Assembly (NCBI GenBank): GCA_050749105.1
Contig: JBOGQT010000042.1
Span: 967-64,966 of the forward strand
Source of the DNA: Nitrosotalea sp.
Lineage (GTDB): Archaea; Thermoproteota; Nitrososphaeria; Nitrososphaerales; Nitrosopumilaceae
Length of the DNA stretch: 64,000 bases
Direction of reading: 5' to 3'
Below are positions 55,951 through 64,000 of the stretch, in pieces. A program made the translations under genes and the position numbers. Each line of letters starts with the position of its first letter. The stretch's first letter is position 1. The notes beneath the pieces were generated by a model. That model worked only from the letters and a program-made list of their open reading frames with translations, made no database searches and had not been told where the DNA came from.

Positions 55951-56012
55951 CTAGACTTTTCAGCAATAGTGCTACCTATATTGATTTACTTCAAAAAAGA
56001 AGAAAGTGGTCC

Positions 56013-56156
56013 CTAAGGCTTTCCTATTCGAAAGACGTTAGTGCCACATTTTGGGCATGTCCCTTTTACCGCAGGTCGTCCATTCTTTAGCTTAACTTCT
56101 TTTGGATCTTTGATCTCGACTTTCTTCCTGCATTTTACGCAGTACGCTTGAGTCAT
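56013..56156 (-). CDS. 47-aa zinc-ribbon protein (DUF5679-like), missed by the ORF track
   Basis: Translation is MTQAYCVKCRKKVEIKDPKEVKLKNGRPAVKGTCPKCGTNVFRIGKP, with a CxxC...CxxC pattern. Confidence 0.6.
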   Translation of the reverse strand: MTQAYCVKCRKKVEIKDPKEVKLKNGRPAVKGTCPKCGTNVFRIGKP

Positions 56157-56410
56157 TTCATCTTCTTACAAAAGAAGTTGTATATAGCAAGGCGCTGTAA
56201 AAATTATTTAACTATACGCTAGAGGCTGTTAAATTTTTACAATGTCCTTCTCAGCTCATATGTAAAGAATTTATACAAATAATTGTATTTTTTTGATATT
56301 TCTTAGATTGAAATGATCCAACTTGAAGAAATTAACAGGTTGGGAATTGAATCATCAAATTGTTTTACCCCCGAGTTATACTTTTAAACGTCCTAAAAAG
56401 AGTCATTTAA

Positions 56411-56908
56411 ATGGTAACCAAAAAAGGCATTATTGTTACTGTCATTATGCTTGGCGCCATAACGGCTGCAAGCTCTCTCATATGGATATTTCCGCAAAAC
56501 AGAGGATCAACTGTTGCTGTATCAGATTATGGAAATGAGATCGAGAGTGTCAAAGAAAGACATGCCTTGGTAATGGGTGAGATGGATTCAGACTTGCAGA
56601 GTATGCTAAACAACACTCTCTCACCTGATGACTTTGTGACAAGAGCGCAGGCATCATCATCTCAAACTACCTCTCTCACAGCGGAGCTTATAGAAAGTAA
56701 CCCTCCTACCACATGGAGAGAGAGTTACCTCAACTATGATGAGGCCTTGAAAAAATACAATGATTACCTTACAGAGAGCATTGCGTTGGCCAACAAGATA
56801 AAGAGTGGAATTTCCTCTAGTGATTTGTCTGATGAGATGGCAAAATTGGATTCGTTGAAAAATGATACCAACTCGTTTATTATAATGTCTAATGAGACAA
56901 GGCCCTGA
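56411..56908 (+). CDS. membrane-anchored hypothetical protein
   Basis: N-terminal TM segment IIVTVIMLGAITAASSLIWIF. Confidence 0.4.
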   Translation: MVTKKGIIVTVIMLGAITAASSLIWIFPQNRGSTVAVSDYGNEIESVKERHALVMGEMDSDLQSMLNNTLSPDDFVTRAQASSSQTTSLTAELIESNPPTTWRESYLNYDEALKKYNDYLTESIALANKIKSGISSSDLSDEMAKLDSLKNDTNSFIIMSNETRP

Positions 56909-57012
56909 GATTACTGAAAATCTTCTCACATGGTCAAAACTTTCTTCAGTTTTGACAATATTCAGTAGAAATTAGATTAATTAAGAGGAAGCATGATTTT
57001 CGTCTGTATATA

Positions 57013-58161
57013 ATGTCAACCAAGGAGACCAGTCTACATAAAGGCGGCACAGAAACAAAGACCAGTAGACTATTGGTAATATGTGTAGACAGAGATGATG
57101 ATGTAGGAAGTAAAGCTGGTGTCATTACTCCAGTGGTAGGACGAAATTCTTGCATTGAAGCGGCACAGCGACTAGCGCTTGAAGATCCAGAGGATGCAGA
57201 TTCTAATTCTATTTTTGCTGCTGTTAAAACTTTTGAAGATCTAGTAAGCAAGGGATACCAAGCTGAAGTAGCAATTGTTTCTGGAACAGAAAATAAAGGA
57301 GTACAAGGTGACGAAAAAATTGTTTTACAGGTAAGAACCATAGTGGAAACATTTTCAGCAAATGGAGCTGTAATTGTATCAGATGGAGAAGATGATGAAA
57401 GTGTCATTCCAATAATTCAAAATGTTTTGCCAATAGTGTCAGTCAAACGAGTTGTTATGAGGGCCAGTAGAAGTGTAGAATATTCTTACGCTGTACTTGG
57501 AAGATACCTGAAAGCAATTGCTTTTGATTCAAAGTATTCAAAATTCTTTCTAGGAGTTCCAGGAATTCTACTGGTGATTGGTGGAATTGCAACAGTACTT
57601 GGACTCACCAAAGAAATTTTTGCTGTAATGGTAAGTGTTTTGGGAGGAGCGTTCCTTATCAGGGCATTTGATATTGACAGAGCATGGTCACATTGGACAA
57701 AGCCGACTCCAGCTGGATTCATCAGAGTATTTACATTAGTGGTAGGAATTCTTTTTGTTCTTGCATCAATAACAGCCGGAGTCACTGCTGTTAGTACACA
57801 ACTGTCTGCTGCAAAACCAGACGAGATACTCAAGATGGTCATGAGCAAACAAACAATTGGCATGTTTGTCTCCGGAATGTTACCATTTTTCTGGATGGGA
57901 ATTGGTTGTATGTTTGGAGGATCATTACTGAGCAGTTGGTTTAGAGGAAGCATCAGATCAATTACTGACATATTGAGAATCATAGTACTTGTAACTCTCT
58001 ATCCAATTATTGCACAATTCATTGCAGTCATAACAAAAGACGAGAGCCCGTTCACATTGATTCCTCCATTGCTCATAGGTTTGGCAGTAATACTCATATC
58101 AGCGTCACTGCTCTTCCACAAATACAGAAGGAAGAAGGGTGGCGAGGTATTATCGGAATAA
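57013..58161 (+). CDS. DUF373 family membrane protein
   Basis: N-terminal soluble domain LLVICVDRDDDVG...EDPEDADSNSIFAAV, followed by multiple TM segments. Confidence 0.65.
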   Translation: MSTKETSLHKGGTETKTSRLLVICVDRDDDVGSKAGVITPVVGRNSCIEAAQRLALEDPEDADSNSIFAAVKTFEDLVSKGYQAEVAIVSGTENKGVQGDEKIVLQVRTIVETFSANGAVIVSDGEDDESVIPIIQNVLPIVSVKRVVMRASRSVEYSYAVLGRYLKAIAFDSKYSKFFLGVPGILLVIGGIATVLGLTKEIFAVMVSVLGGAFLIRAFDIDRAWSHWTKPTPAGFIRVFTLVVGILFVLASITAGVTAVSTQLSAAKPDEILKMVMSKQTIGMFVSGMLPFFWMGIGCMFGGSLLSSWFRGSIRSITDILRIIVLVTLYPIIAQFIAVITKDESPFTLIPPLLIGLAVILISASLLFHKYRRKKGGEVLSE

Positions 58162-58940
58162 AAGACAAAGCTTTCCAGTTAGGTGGTTTTTACACCCTTT
58201 ACTCTAAAAAACTTGAAAAAGAGATACGAACTGGAGAGATTCCAAAGCATATTGCAATAATACTTGACGGTAATAGAAGATGGGCCAAGAGAAATCTAAT
58301 CTTAAAAACAGGCGGTCATTTTAGAGGCGCAGATGCAGTTGAAAAACTGTTAGACTGGTGTGAGGAGTTAAACATTAAGATAATTACTCTTTACGTCTTG
58401 TCAGCAGAAAACTTGACTAGAAATGATGGAGAGTTGGAGGATCTCTATGATTTGATCAATCAAAGGTTAGAGAAACTGTACAATGACCCACGAATTCATA
58501 AAAATCGTATGCGAGTAAAAGCAATAGGACGTACTGAATTGCTGCCAGACTTTCTAAAAGAGATCCTAAACAAGCTTGAAACAGCCACTACGAATTACGA
58601 TAATCATTATCTTAACATAGCAATAGCATATGGTGGACAAAATGAATTGGTTGATGCAATAAAGAAGATTGGGGTCAGGATTAAGGAGGGTTCCCTGGAT
58701 GTAGATCAAATAGACAAAGAGGTGGTAGAATCATGTCTTTATACATCACATCTTCCACAATCATCTCCTGACATGATATTGAGGACTTCGGGAGAGAAGA
58801 GGCTGAGCGGTTTTTTAATGTGGCAAAGCGCCTATAGCGAACTTGTTTTCATGGATGTGTATTGGCCAGAATTTAGAAAAATCGATCTGATGAGGGCCAT
58901 AAGAACATTTCAGAAAAGACGTCGCCGACTTGGCAAATAG
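58158..58940 (+). CDS. uppS: cis-prenyltransferase (undecaprenyl/di-trans,poly-cis-polyprenyl diphosphate synthase)
   Basis: HIAIILDGNRRWA (58245-58283) and RTSGEKRLSGFLMWQSAYSE. The track start (TTG 58398) would delete the catalytic N-terminus. The true start is uncertain. Confidence 0.8.
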   Translation: MKDKAFQLGGFYTLYSKKLEKEIRTGEIPKHIAIILDGNRRWAKRNLILKTGGHFRGADAVEKLLDWCEELNIKIITLYVLSAENLTRNDGELEDLYDLINQRLEKLYNDPRIHKNRMRVKAIGRTELLPDFLKEILNKLETATTNYDNHYLNIAIAYGGQNELVDAIKKIGVRIKEGSLDVDQIDKEVVESCLYTSHLPQSSPDMILRTSGEKRLSGFLMWQSAYSELVFMDVYWPEFRKIDLMRAIRTFQKRRRRLGK

Positions 58941-58974
58941 AAAAGAGAAATACTAGTTTTAAAGTTACAACTAC

Positions 58975-59391
58975 ATGCTTGAGGAGAGATCAGCTGGGAC
59001 AATTTTATATCGTGAGTCACCTTCTGGTAAACTCTATTTACTTTTGAACTATCCCTCTGGACACTGGGATTTTGTTAAAGGAAATATTGAGAAAGGCGAG
59101 ACCTTCAAACAGACAGTACTGCGAGAGACTAGAGAGGAGACAGGCATAGTAGATGTGAGTTTTGTAGATGGTTTTGAGAACAAGGTTCAATATCATTATC
59201 AACGCGATGGCGAAGTCGTACACAAAGAAGTTGTCTTCTTCTTGGCAAAGACATCAACAGAACATGTAGAAATATCCCATGAACATCTTGGGTTTATCTG
59301 GCTCAAATTCAATGATGCGTTGGAAAAGGTAACATACAAAACGGCTCAGAATTTGTTGAAAAAAATAAGTGAACTAGGATTCGAGACTTAG
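58975..59391 (+). CDS. NUDIX hydrolase
   Basis: Nudix box GNIEKGETFKQTVLRETREETGI. Confidence 0.8.
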   Translation: MLEERSAGTILYRESPSGKLYLLLNYPSGHWDFVKGNIEKGETFKQTVLRETREETGIVDVSFVDGFENKVQYHYQRDGEVVHKEVVFFLAKTSTEHVEISHEHLGFIWLKFNDALEKVTYKTAQNLLKKISELGFET

Positions 59392-60126
59392 CTGCTGGAG
59401 CTTTTTTGCTTCTAAAATTTTGTTTTGAGAATTGAGAATTGTTCTTCCAACTATTAGATATCTAGAGCCTGCATCTAGGGCTTTTCTTGCATCTCCGCCT
59501 TGCGTTCCCACACCAGGCGAATAAATGTCGCAACGACCTCTGACAATTTTACTTGTAGAAGATATAATGTCTGGCACAGTTGCACCTACTACTATTCCAT
59601 CAACATTTGAAGAATATGACCATTTTAGAAAGAGGTCATGAAGTTTTTGCATCTTACCTGTTCTCGGATCCCTTACACCAAGTCCATACCCCAACTTTGC
59701 ACCAGGATGACTCATGTGTACAAGTGTTATTACTCCACGACCGTTGTTGTGGGATGTCTTGACTAGATCTTTGAGGTTTTCAGGTCCCATTATCGGATTT
59801 GCAATTACTGCATCAAACCCACATCGCCAAAGTCTCTTGATGGCAATCATGTTAGTATTTCCAATATCGTTTAGTTTTATGTCGGCAATTGTCTGCAAGC
59901 CTTCATTGTGTGCTATTTTATTTATTTTTATTAGACTTTTTTCGCTCAACGGCAATATCACATGAAAATTTAATTTAATTGCACAAAGATATGCACTCAA
60001 TTTCTTTATGTTGGAGATTGTTTTTTTTTCTAACGTGTAGGCGTTGGCATCATCAAGATCATTGGCAAGTATTATACTGCCTTTTTCTGATGAGGTTGTT
60101 TCGATTCTCTTTCTAAAACCTATCAT
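59374..60126 (-). CDS. pyrF: orotidine 5'-phosphate decarboxylase
   Basis: ADIKLNDIGNT, a C-terminal PGVGTQGG region, and IVGR. Confidence 0.85.
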   Translation of the reverse strand: MIGFRKRIETTSSEKGSIILANDLDDANAYTLEKKTISNIKKLSAYLCAIKLNFHVILPLSEKSLIKINKIAHNEGLQTIADIKLNDIGNTNMIAIKRLWRCGFDAVIANPIMGPENLKDLVKTSHNNGRGVITLVHMSHPGAKLGYGLGVRDPRTGKMQKLHDLFLKWSYSSNVDGIVVGATVPDIISSTSKIVRGRCDIYSPGVGTQGGDARKALDAGSRYLIVGRTILNSQNKILEAKKLQQLSLES

Positions 60127-60782
60127 AGCTTGACTATGGGGTGTTTGTCTTTCAGCTTTATTACTTTAAGGTATGAATAACCATGTTCGTTTAGACCATT
60201 AACAAAGACAGGTTCAATTCCATCCTTGCTTGAATATTTCAGGAATGGTTTTGTTGGTTCATAGTCAAGTTTTACATGGCAAAAATACGATGCCTCGTCA
60301 GATTCGTTAAAGTTCATGAATACGCCAACAAGCCACTTTGTGCCTTCAGGAAATGCAAATAGTGGGAATGGGGACTCTTCAAATCCGTAGCTTAGTTTTA
60401 GCAGACTTGCAAGATCCTCAAGCTCAAGGGATTCATACGCAATTTCAGGATCAGTCGTAGCTTCTGGTTTGAGCGATTCTGGCATTGACTTTATTCTTAT
60501 AATTGGAGAGTAGAGATAAGTTGGATTAGTTATCGTATTTACTACATCGCAATCTTCCTTACCTGATTTGAAACCATAGGAAAGATAATGCCCAAATTTT
60601 GCATTCGGCACATAGTAGTTTACTGGTCTTTCTTTTAGAAGATCCATCTGAACAGAAATGACATCTTTTCCATTCAATACAAAAGAGAAGCAGGTGCGCG
60701 GAATTCTTTCTAGTGCACAAACTAGTCTTGAAAATTCATTTGTGTCATAAAGTTCAACATAATACGGATGATGTTTAGCCAT
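60123..60782 (-). CDS. conserved-looking hypothetical protein
   Basis: 219-aa ORF overlapping the pyrF start by 4 nt. Confidence 0.45.
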   Translation of the reverse strand: MAKHHPYYVELYDTNEFSRLVCALERIPRTCFSFVLNGKDVISVQMDLLKERPVNYYVPNAKFGHYLSYGFKSGKEDCDVVNTITNPTYLYSPIIRIKSMPESLKPEATTDPEIAYESLELEDLASLLKLSYGFEESPFPLFAFPEGTKWLVGVFMNFNESDEASYFCHVKLDYEPTKPFLKYSSKDGIEPVFVNGLNEHGYSYLKVIKLKDKHPIVKL

Positions 60783-60832
60783 AGAACCCTTCCTAAAACT
60801 ACCCCATTAAAAGTAGTCGTTTGTTATTTCAG

Positions 60833-61834
60833 TTAGATCCGTCTATCAATCGTGTCGTTTACATCTGGTCCAGTACCAATCAGAGTCACAGGCACCTTTA
60901 GTTGATCTTCAATAGTTTTTATGAAATACTTGGCAGGTGAGCTTAGATCGGAAAAGGATTGCATGTGAGCACACTCAGGATACACTACATCGAGTTTGGT
61001 TATTGCAATTTGTGTTGCGCTGTTTAGCATTATGGCTCTTTTTGCAAGATCAAAATCAAATTCAGCAGCTCGTCTTGTCCTACCTGTAACTGTACCTACC
61101 TCTTTCCATCCTTTTGCTGCTGCAATTTCTGGACTTAGTTCATTTTTCAGCGGCCCCGTCCCAACCCTAGTCACATATGACTTGAAGACTATAACAACAT
61201 CATCAACACTTTTTGGTCCTATTCCCACATCAGCGCATATTCCAGAGGCAGTAACATCCTTTGATGTAACATACGGATATGTTCCATGCCATAAGGAGAG
61301 GAAAGTACCTTGAGTTCCTTCTATCAGAACTTTTTCTTTCCTTTCTAGTGCAAAATTAACTGCGTTAGGAATATCGTCAAGATACAATGCCAATGATTCT
61401 ATGTCTTTTGCAAGCTTGAGTGTCCTCATGGCCCTATCAGCATTGGCAGGTCCAGTTCCTGTTCCAGTACTGCCAATAGATTCTTTCAGTCTTCCTTGAG
61501 AATCAGTTGCCTTGTGAGATTCTTCGATGATTCCACACTGATAGTCAACAAAGGCTCTGTCTTGAACACCAAATTCAGATATTTCTTTTAGTAATACTTC
61601 CTGACTTACCACAACACCTGGTCCTACTAACAATCTTGTGCCAGGATTTAGAAATGCGCTTGGTAGCATTCGTACTTTGTATATCTTGCCTCCATGTTCT
61701 ATGGTATGACCTGCGTTAGGACCCACACCACCTCTAACAGCTATTACTGGATTATCTTTCATGGCAAGATATGAAATGATCTTGCCCTTACCTTCGTCCC
61801 CGAAGAATCCGCCGACAACAACTGTAGAAGGCAT
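60833..61834 (-). CDS. purA: adenylosuccinate synthetase (short archaeal type)
   Basis: GGFFGDEGKGKIISYL, GPNAGHT, GSTGTGTGPA. Confidence 0.9.
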   Translation of the reverse strand: MPSTVVVGGFFGDEGKGKIISYLAMKDNPVIAVRGGVGPNAGHTIEHGGKIYKVRMLPSAFLNPGTRLLVGPGVVVSQEVLLKEISEFGVQDRAFVDYQCGIIEESHKATDSQGRLKESIGSTGTGTGPANADRAMRTLKLAKDIESLALYLDDIPNAVNFALERKEKVLIEGTQGTFLSLWHGTYPYVTSKDVTASGICADVGIGPKSVDDVVIVFKSYVTRVGTGPLKNELSPEIAAAKGWKEVGTVTGRTRRAAEFDFDLAKRAIMLNSATQIAITKLDVVYPECAHMQSFSDLSSPAKYFIKTIEDQLKVPVTLIGTGPDVNDTIDRRI

Positions 61835-61914
61835 AGAGGAGGGACGTATGTGGATATATTTAAGCCAAATCTTAGCAATACAATTTTAGCAAAGAAGATG
61901 AGCTGCAACTTTGC

Positions 61915-62376
61915 ATGTCACAGCCAAATTATGCTGGAAATATCATTGTCTCCTTGGCAAATCTTCCAGAATTTCTTCGCAAGCCCATCCTACAAAAAAG
62001 ATTGTCAGAGTTTTTTCCAATGTCAAAAGAAGACAAGCAAGAGATCATAAATAACGCATTACAGGCTGGCCCTACAATACAGTTTGACAGGTTTGCTACT
62101 TTGTTTAAGACATGGCTTGAAGTATTGTGCAACCTATCAGAAGAGCAAAGATTTGTAATGTTTAGCACGTATATTGTCGAGATTGCAGATCATCCTGAAA
62201 AGATTATTTCGTTTAACCTAGATGGAATTTTAGAGATTTATCTCATGCTTACAGATTTGCAGAGAAATACAATATCAAATACTATCAAAAGAATTGTAGA
62301 TTCGCTTGATAGTGATTTAAAAAAGCGAATTTGCCTTGTAATTCCGGAAAGAGCCAAGAAAGAAATAGGAATTTAG
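61915..62376 (+). CDS. hypothetical protein
   Basis: 153-aa helical-looking ORF. Confidence 0.4.
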   Translation: MSQPNYAGNIIVSLANLPEFLRKPILQKRLSEFFPMSKEDKQEIINNALQAGPTIQFDRFATLFKTWLEVLCNLSEEQRFVMFSTYIVEIADHPEKIISFNLDGILEIYLMLTDLQRNTISNTIKRIVDSLDSDLKKRICLVIPERAKKEIGI

Positions 62377-62648
62377 AGTGGTTTGTCAGGCTTTCGTTGA
62401 TTTTCATCTGCAAAATTTACGACGTCACCTTCAGGTGTCATCACTCCAACAAAGACCTTTTCGTATCTTTTTATCACTTTGCGGTGATCCGGCATAGACA
62501 TGTCTAGTCGCATTTCATTCATGACCATGACCCTGTATTGCTTCCATTCTTCCCAACACGGGTTACAGCAGGGATAGGCGGCGGCAATGATATCTAGTTC
62601 CATACTATCAGGAATTTCCTTTTTGCACTTGGTACAGTTTTTTGCCAT
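62373..62648 (-). CDS. YggX-like Fe(2+)-trafficking / oxidative-damage protection protein
   Basis: CWEEWKQYRVMVMNEMRLDMSMPDHRKVI resembles YggX W.QW...QTMLINE.KLNM...HRK. The start is taken at MAKNCTKC. Confidence 0.45.
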   Translation of the reverse strand: MAKNCTKCKKEIPDSMELDIIAAAYPCCNPCWEEWKQYRVMVMNEMRLDMSMPDHRKVIKRYEKVFVGVMTPEGDVVNFADENQRKPDKPL

Positions 62649-62719
62649 AGCAAGACACCAAAGATTTAGCAATTTATTCTTTTAAGAAAAGATATTAGGG
62701 AAATCAAAGAAAGTAAGAT

Positions 62720-62926
62720 ATGAAGATCAAGTGCCCCAAATGTGACGGAATAGCAGAAATGGGGGATGACTTTTCCTATGTCAAGTGCTCAAAATGTGAC
62801 CTAGACATGACATATGGTGAGTATGTCAGATTTTTAACATACAAGGATGCCAGATATTCTGACATACTTGGAGATTATGCCACTGACACCGATGGCAAAA
62901 CAGCAGGAACTCTTGATGAGTGGTAG
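62720..62926 (+). CDS. small zinc-ribbon protein
   Basis: CPKCDG...CSKCD. Confidence 0.4.
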   Translation: MKIKCPKCDGIAEMGDDFSYVKCSKCDLDMTYGEYVRFLTYKDARYSDILGDYATDTDGKTAGTLDEW

Positions 62927-62967
62927 AAAAAAAGTAACTACAATACTTAATTAATTTCAAAATACTA

Positions 62968-63627
62968 GTGCGCTTAGTGGCGTTTGTATCAGATACTATT
63001 CTTGAGATAGCTCTTAACTTGCTAGGATTTGTTGTTGGACTTGTGTTAGGCATCTTTTCCTACATTGGGTTCAAGAACACCGGAAGCCCAACATTGTTTA
63101 GACTAAACATTGCCTTTTTTTCAATCGGAATAGGTTTCGGGGTTGTTGGATTTGGATACATGATAGAGTTGTTCATACTAAACTATACTCAGATTGATAG
63201 TTGGATCCAGACACTTGGAATAGGAATTCAGACTGTAGGGTACTTTTTCATCGCATTTTCACATGGTATCAAATCATTTTTCCCAAAATCGAGATACTTC
63301 AAATCGATAATGTTCCCTCTTTTCATCATACCTGGAAATTCAATTGAGCATATTATAAGGTCAATTTCTTTTATCCTATTGGTATATGGGACAATTGAAA
63401 CCATTATGTCCTATATGGAGAATAGGAATAGAAACACTATCTTTGTCGCCGCAGGGCTTGGATTGCTTGCCTTGGGCGAATTTCTAGGCTGGTATTCGAT
63501 CATATTTCCAAAATCAATACTCTATTTTGTCTCGCTTTCTACAAAAATAATAGGGCTTGGTGCTCTATTCATACCGATATCTCAAGTTCCCTTAAGAGGA
63601 GGCATGAAACTTGGCGGTAGCATATAG
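62968..63627 (+). CDS. polytopic membrane protein
   Basis: About 6 hydrophobic segments. Confidence 0.5.
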   Translation: MRLVAFVSDTILEIALNLLGFVVGLVLGIFSYIGFKNTGSPTLFRLNIAFFSIGIGFGVVGFGYMIELFILNYTQIDSWIQTLGIGIQTVGYFFIAFSHGIKSFFPKSRYFKSIMFPLFIIPGNSIEHIIRSISFILLVYGTIETIMSYMENRNRNTIFVAAGLGLLALGEFLGWYSIIFPKSILYFVSLSTKIIGLGALFIPISQVPLRGGMKLGGSI

Positions 63628-63634
63628 AACTCAC

Positions 63635-63901
63635 ATGAGCATCATAGGAGATATTCTCTCTACTACTAGAGATGAGGCTCCTGACGAATCTGGCGCAAGT
63701 GTAACCTACCTAATACGAAAAGCCAATGTCTCATATGGAAGACTGGCAAAAATATTGGAAACCCTAGTTCAACAGGGGCTTTTAGAACAGAGCACTTCAG
63801 ACAGAGCTTGTAAATATAGAATCAGTACTAGGGGCAGAGAGTTCCTACAAGCATATCGTGGTTTTAGGGAATTTGCTGACTCGTTTGGGTTAAGAATTTA
63901 G
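63635..63901 (+). CDS. winged-helix DNA-binding protein
   Basis: MSIIGDIL...TYLIRKANVSYGRLAKILETLVQQGLLE...YRISTRGREFL. Confidence 0.55.
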   Translation: MSIIGDILSTTRDEAPDESGASVTYLIRKANVSYGRLAKILETLVQQGLLEQSTSDRACKYRISTRGREFLQAYRGFREFADSFGLRI

Positions 63902-64000
63902 TCACTTTCATTTTCAACATCGTCATATTCATCTTCTACATCGTCGTCGAATTCATCTTCAAAATCATTCTCAAAATCTTCAGACATCAAAGATAGAGAA

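Overview
AT-rich archaeal chromosome segment. It is most consistent with a Nitrosopumilus-like ammonia-oxidising thaumarchaeon; this is an inference from the archaeal information-processing genes RadA, TopoVI A/B, Nop5-fibrillarin, aIF1A, aIF2-beta, L21e, S30e and RpoF, plus a PEFG-CTERM-type surface protein. The housekeeping backbone (about 16.9-23.3 kb and 31.6-64 kb) carries pyrimidine and purine genes (pyrD/pyrK, pyrF, purA, apt, mtnP), rRNA/tRNA modification enzymes, ubiX and uppS. Three accessory regions interrupt it. (1) 1-16.9 kb is a compositionally mosaic integrated element ending at tRNA-Ser(GCU). It has a tyrosine integrase and a HerA/FtsK-like ATPase fused to a nuclease-like and a wHTH domain. 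Inside it sits a head-to-tail array of inverted-repeat-bounded cassettes joined by CCCCC-N12-GGGGG junctions; one cassette carries a TIR-domain gene next to a RecB/Cas4-like nuclease gene. (2) 23.4-31.6 kb holds a 4.6-kb IS6-like composite transposon (SWIM finger + DDE transposases, 8-bp direct repeats). It is followed by an array of decayed IS ends and transposase fragments interleaved with small membrane-protein genes. (3) 42.6-44.7 kb is a stand-alone OLD-family (ABC ATPase + Toprim) nuclease gene. Smaller oddities: a RIO kinase gene with an in-frame TAA, a uppS frame with no canonical start codon, a perfect 4x30-bp coding tandem repeat, a cupredoxin-like protein that has lost its copper ligands, and two conserved small genes missed by the ORF track (rps30e and a 47-aa zinc ribbon). 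No CRISPR array or rRNA gene was seen. All family calls rest on motif recognition by eye, not database searches.
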